In this document: positions 17,393 through 19,086 of the stretch, one piece after another
Layout: each line of letters opens with the position of its first letter
How positions within the stretch are numbered: the stretch's first letter is position 1
Origin: a bacterium
Lineage (GTDB): Bacteria; Babelota; Babeliae; Babelales; JAUWHS01
NCBI GenBank assembly: GCA_043818275.1
Contig: JBDRFY010000019.1
Coordinates: 1-19,086, forward strand
Direction: 5' to 3'
Length of the DNA stretch: 19,086 bases
Made by a program: the position numbers and the translations under genes
The notes under the pieces: model-generated
Seen by the model: the letters and a program-made list of their open reading frames with translations, nothing else
Database searches by the model: none
What the model was told of the DNA's origin: nothing

Positions 17393-18352
17393 ATGATCAC
17401 AGGTATTTTTTTAACGTTTTTTGGCGTTTTATTTTTTTTCGTTTTAATTCTTTTATTTAAATCAACTTATTTAATTAAGCAGGCGGAAGTTGTTGTTATT
17501 GAAAGATTGGGAAAATATTACGAGACTTTAAAACCGGGTCTTCATTTTATCATTCCATTTATTGATAATACAAGAACTGTTTTGTGGACTTTCGTAAAAG
17601 AGGATCCCCGTGGAAAAGGTTATTACTATAGATATACAGAAGTAGTAGAACGAATTGACCTGCGTGAATCTGTTTATGATTTTCCAAAACAGAATGTTAT
17701 TACAAAAGATAACGTTTCCATGGAAATTAATGCTTTGCTTTATTATCAAATTACAGATCCTATGGCTGCAATTTATGAAGTAACAAATTTGCCACAGGCG
17801 ATCGAGCAATTAACGCAAACAACCTTGCGTAACGTTATTGGTTCTATGGATTTGGATGAGTCTTTAAGTTCTCGTGAACAAATTAATGAGAAACTTAGAA
17901 TAATTTTGGATGATGCAACTGATAAATGGGGTGTTAAAGTTAACCGTGTCGAATTAAAAGAAGTTAATCCTCCTGCCGATATCAGAATTGCAATGGAAAA
18001 ACAAATGAGAGCAGAGCGTGATAGACGTGCTTTGATTTTGGAAGCTGAGGGTGAAAAAGCTTCAGCTATTTTAAAAGCTGAAGGTGTAAAAATTGCAAAA
18101 ATCACACAAGCGCAAGGTGAAGCCGAGTCAAGGGTGCTTGTTTCGCAAGCCGAAGCGAAAGCTATTCAAATTATTCAACAGTCTGTTCCTGGCGCAGATC
18201 CATTGCCATATATGATTGCTTTAAATTACATCAAGGTATTACCTGAAATTACAAAAGATAAAGAAGGTAAATTAATTTTGATGCCTTATGAGACAAGTGG
18301 TCTTATGGGATCTTTAGCAACGATTAAGGAATTGTTTAAACAAACTAAGTAA
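17393..18352 (+). CDS. SPFH/Band 7 (stomatin-like, QmcA-type) protein
   Basis: VIERLGKY, PGLHFIIPFID, VITKDNV, TTLRNVIGSMDLDE, WGVKVNRVE, MEKQMRAER. Canonical pairing with nfeD. Confidence 0.93.
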   Translation: MITGIFLTFFGVLFFFVLILLFKSTYLIKQAEVVVIERLGKYYETLKPGLHFIIPFIDNTRTVLWTFVKEDPRGKGYYYRYTEVVERIDLRESVYDFPKQNVITKDNVSMEINALLYYQITDPMAAIYEVTNLPQAIEQLTQTTLRNVIGSMDLDESLSSREQINEKLRIILDDATDKWGVKVNRVELKEVNPPADIRIAMEKQMRAERDRRALILEAEGEKASAILKAEGVKIAKITQAQGEAESRVLVSQAEAKAIQIIQQSVPGADPLPYMIALNYIKVLPEITKDKEGKLILMPYETSGLMGSLATIKELFKQTK

Positions 18353-18367
18353 AGCGTATATTTGAAT

Positions 18368-18426
18368 AATAAAAAAAGATCTGTATATTAATCGGTTCAG
18401 TATTAATATATAGATCTTTTTTTATT
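18368..18426. terminator. Long inverted repeat / bidirectional terminator
   Basis: 25-bp arms aataaaaaaagatctgtatattaat (18368-18392) and attaatatatagatctttttttatt (18402-18426), one G.U pair, 9-nt loop. Confidence 0.75.
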
Positions 18427-18953
18427 TGTGGTGGTCAATGTTATCTAAAAAAGTTTTTTCTTTTTTATTTGTTATTTATACTTTTTTAAATTTGTTCTCA
18501 AATACACAAATTTCTGATTTGAATGTTTTAAATGAAGAAGTAAATCAAAGAAAATATAATTATTATCAAAAAGATTTAAATACAAGTTGTATTGGCAAAA
18601 TTAGACAAGATGTTTCTGATTTAAGGGATCGCCATCCGGTTTGGCCATATTTTACAAGTGTTTTAGTTGCTAATGAACGAAATCATCCTGAATTACATGC
18701 GATTATAGAAAACCTTTGTAATAAATTGAATATGACTAAACCATTAGTTTTAGTTTATGTAGGTAATAAAATTATAGATTTTATTGAAGATAGCGCGGGT
18801 GGTTTTTTAGGGGATATGAAAATTAATGCTTTTGCAACTGGTGGAGTTATACCAAAATTAAATCAAACTGTAGGAATTATAGCTATCGGTTTAGATTTGG
18901 TTGAGAATATGAATAAAGATGAACTTGAAGCTATTATTGCACATGAGTTATAA
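18426..18953 (+). pseudogene. M48 (HtpX-like) zinc metallopeptidase truncated at the HExxH motif
   Basis: HPELHAIIENLCNKLNMTKP, INAFATG, GLDLVENMNKDELEAIIAHEL then stop. The second His and the C-terminal half are missing. Probable start is the ATG at 18438, with a signal peptide. Confidence 0.8.
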
Positions 18954-19086
18954 CGCGCCCGCAAAGCGGGTGGCTTAATGGTTATGAGCAGTCTCAAAGA
19001 CTGCCGAATTATTAAAATTACTTATTCAACGTAAAATTTCATTACTCTTCAAATTCAAGAACATCATGTTTTTCTTGATGCTTAAC
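18950..19086 (-). mobile_element. Right end of a probable IS200/IS605-family element, including the tnpA C-terminus
   Basis: The - strand reads VKHQEKHDVLEFEE* (19086-19042), resembling the (Y)xxxQ tail of Y1 TnpA. Two GC hairpins follow, gcagtct/agactgc (18988-19004) and cccgc/gcggg (18958-18970), and the element ends TTAT at the junction with the interrupted gene. Confidence 0.65.

Noticed and set aside
16928..18352. nfeD-SPFH pair as a novel system
   Set aside because: It is a widespread, well-described operon.
1..19086. Genome-wide UGA=Gly recoding (code 25)
   Set aside because: There is only one convincing internal TGA across more than 5000 codons. clpB, mnmE and others have none, GGA is common, and TGA appears to act as a stop at 6103-6105 and 11170-11172.

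Overview
This is a low-GC bacterial chromosome segment. Its content (signal-peptide ankyrin proteins, a eukaryote-type USP deubiquitinase, a Jag_N-only protein before mnmE) suggests an intracellular symbiont of protists such as Dependentiae/TM6; that taxonomy is inference only. Gene order: degraded coding remnant, CPA2 Na+/H+ antiporter (-), tRNA-Gly(GCC), jag-N, mnmE, C39-like peptidase, MNT-HEPN pair, clpB, USP deubiquitinase (-), two ankyrin proteins, N-terminally anchored ndk (-), alaS (-, one internal TGA), pgsA-pgpA fusion (-, frameshift in a G5/C5 run), amidase_3, nfeD-SPFH, and an M48 peptidase cut at its HExxH motif by the right end of a probable IS200/IS605 element. Main observations: (1) two families of short GC-rich palindromic (REP/RPE-like) elements sit in-frame inside both mnmE and alaS, including an inverted dimer and a nested copy; (2) a secreted USP deubiquitinase with an intact catalytic triad and NLS-like motifs; (3) a TGA exactly at a conserved Gly of alaS; (4) a PgsA-PgpA fusion; (5) an exported or membrane-anchored NDK.
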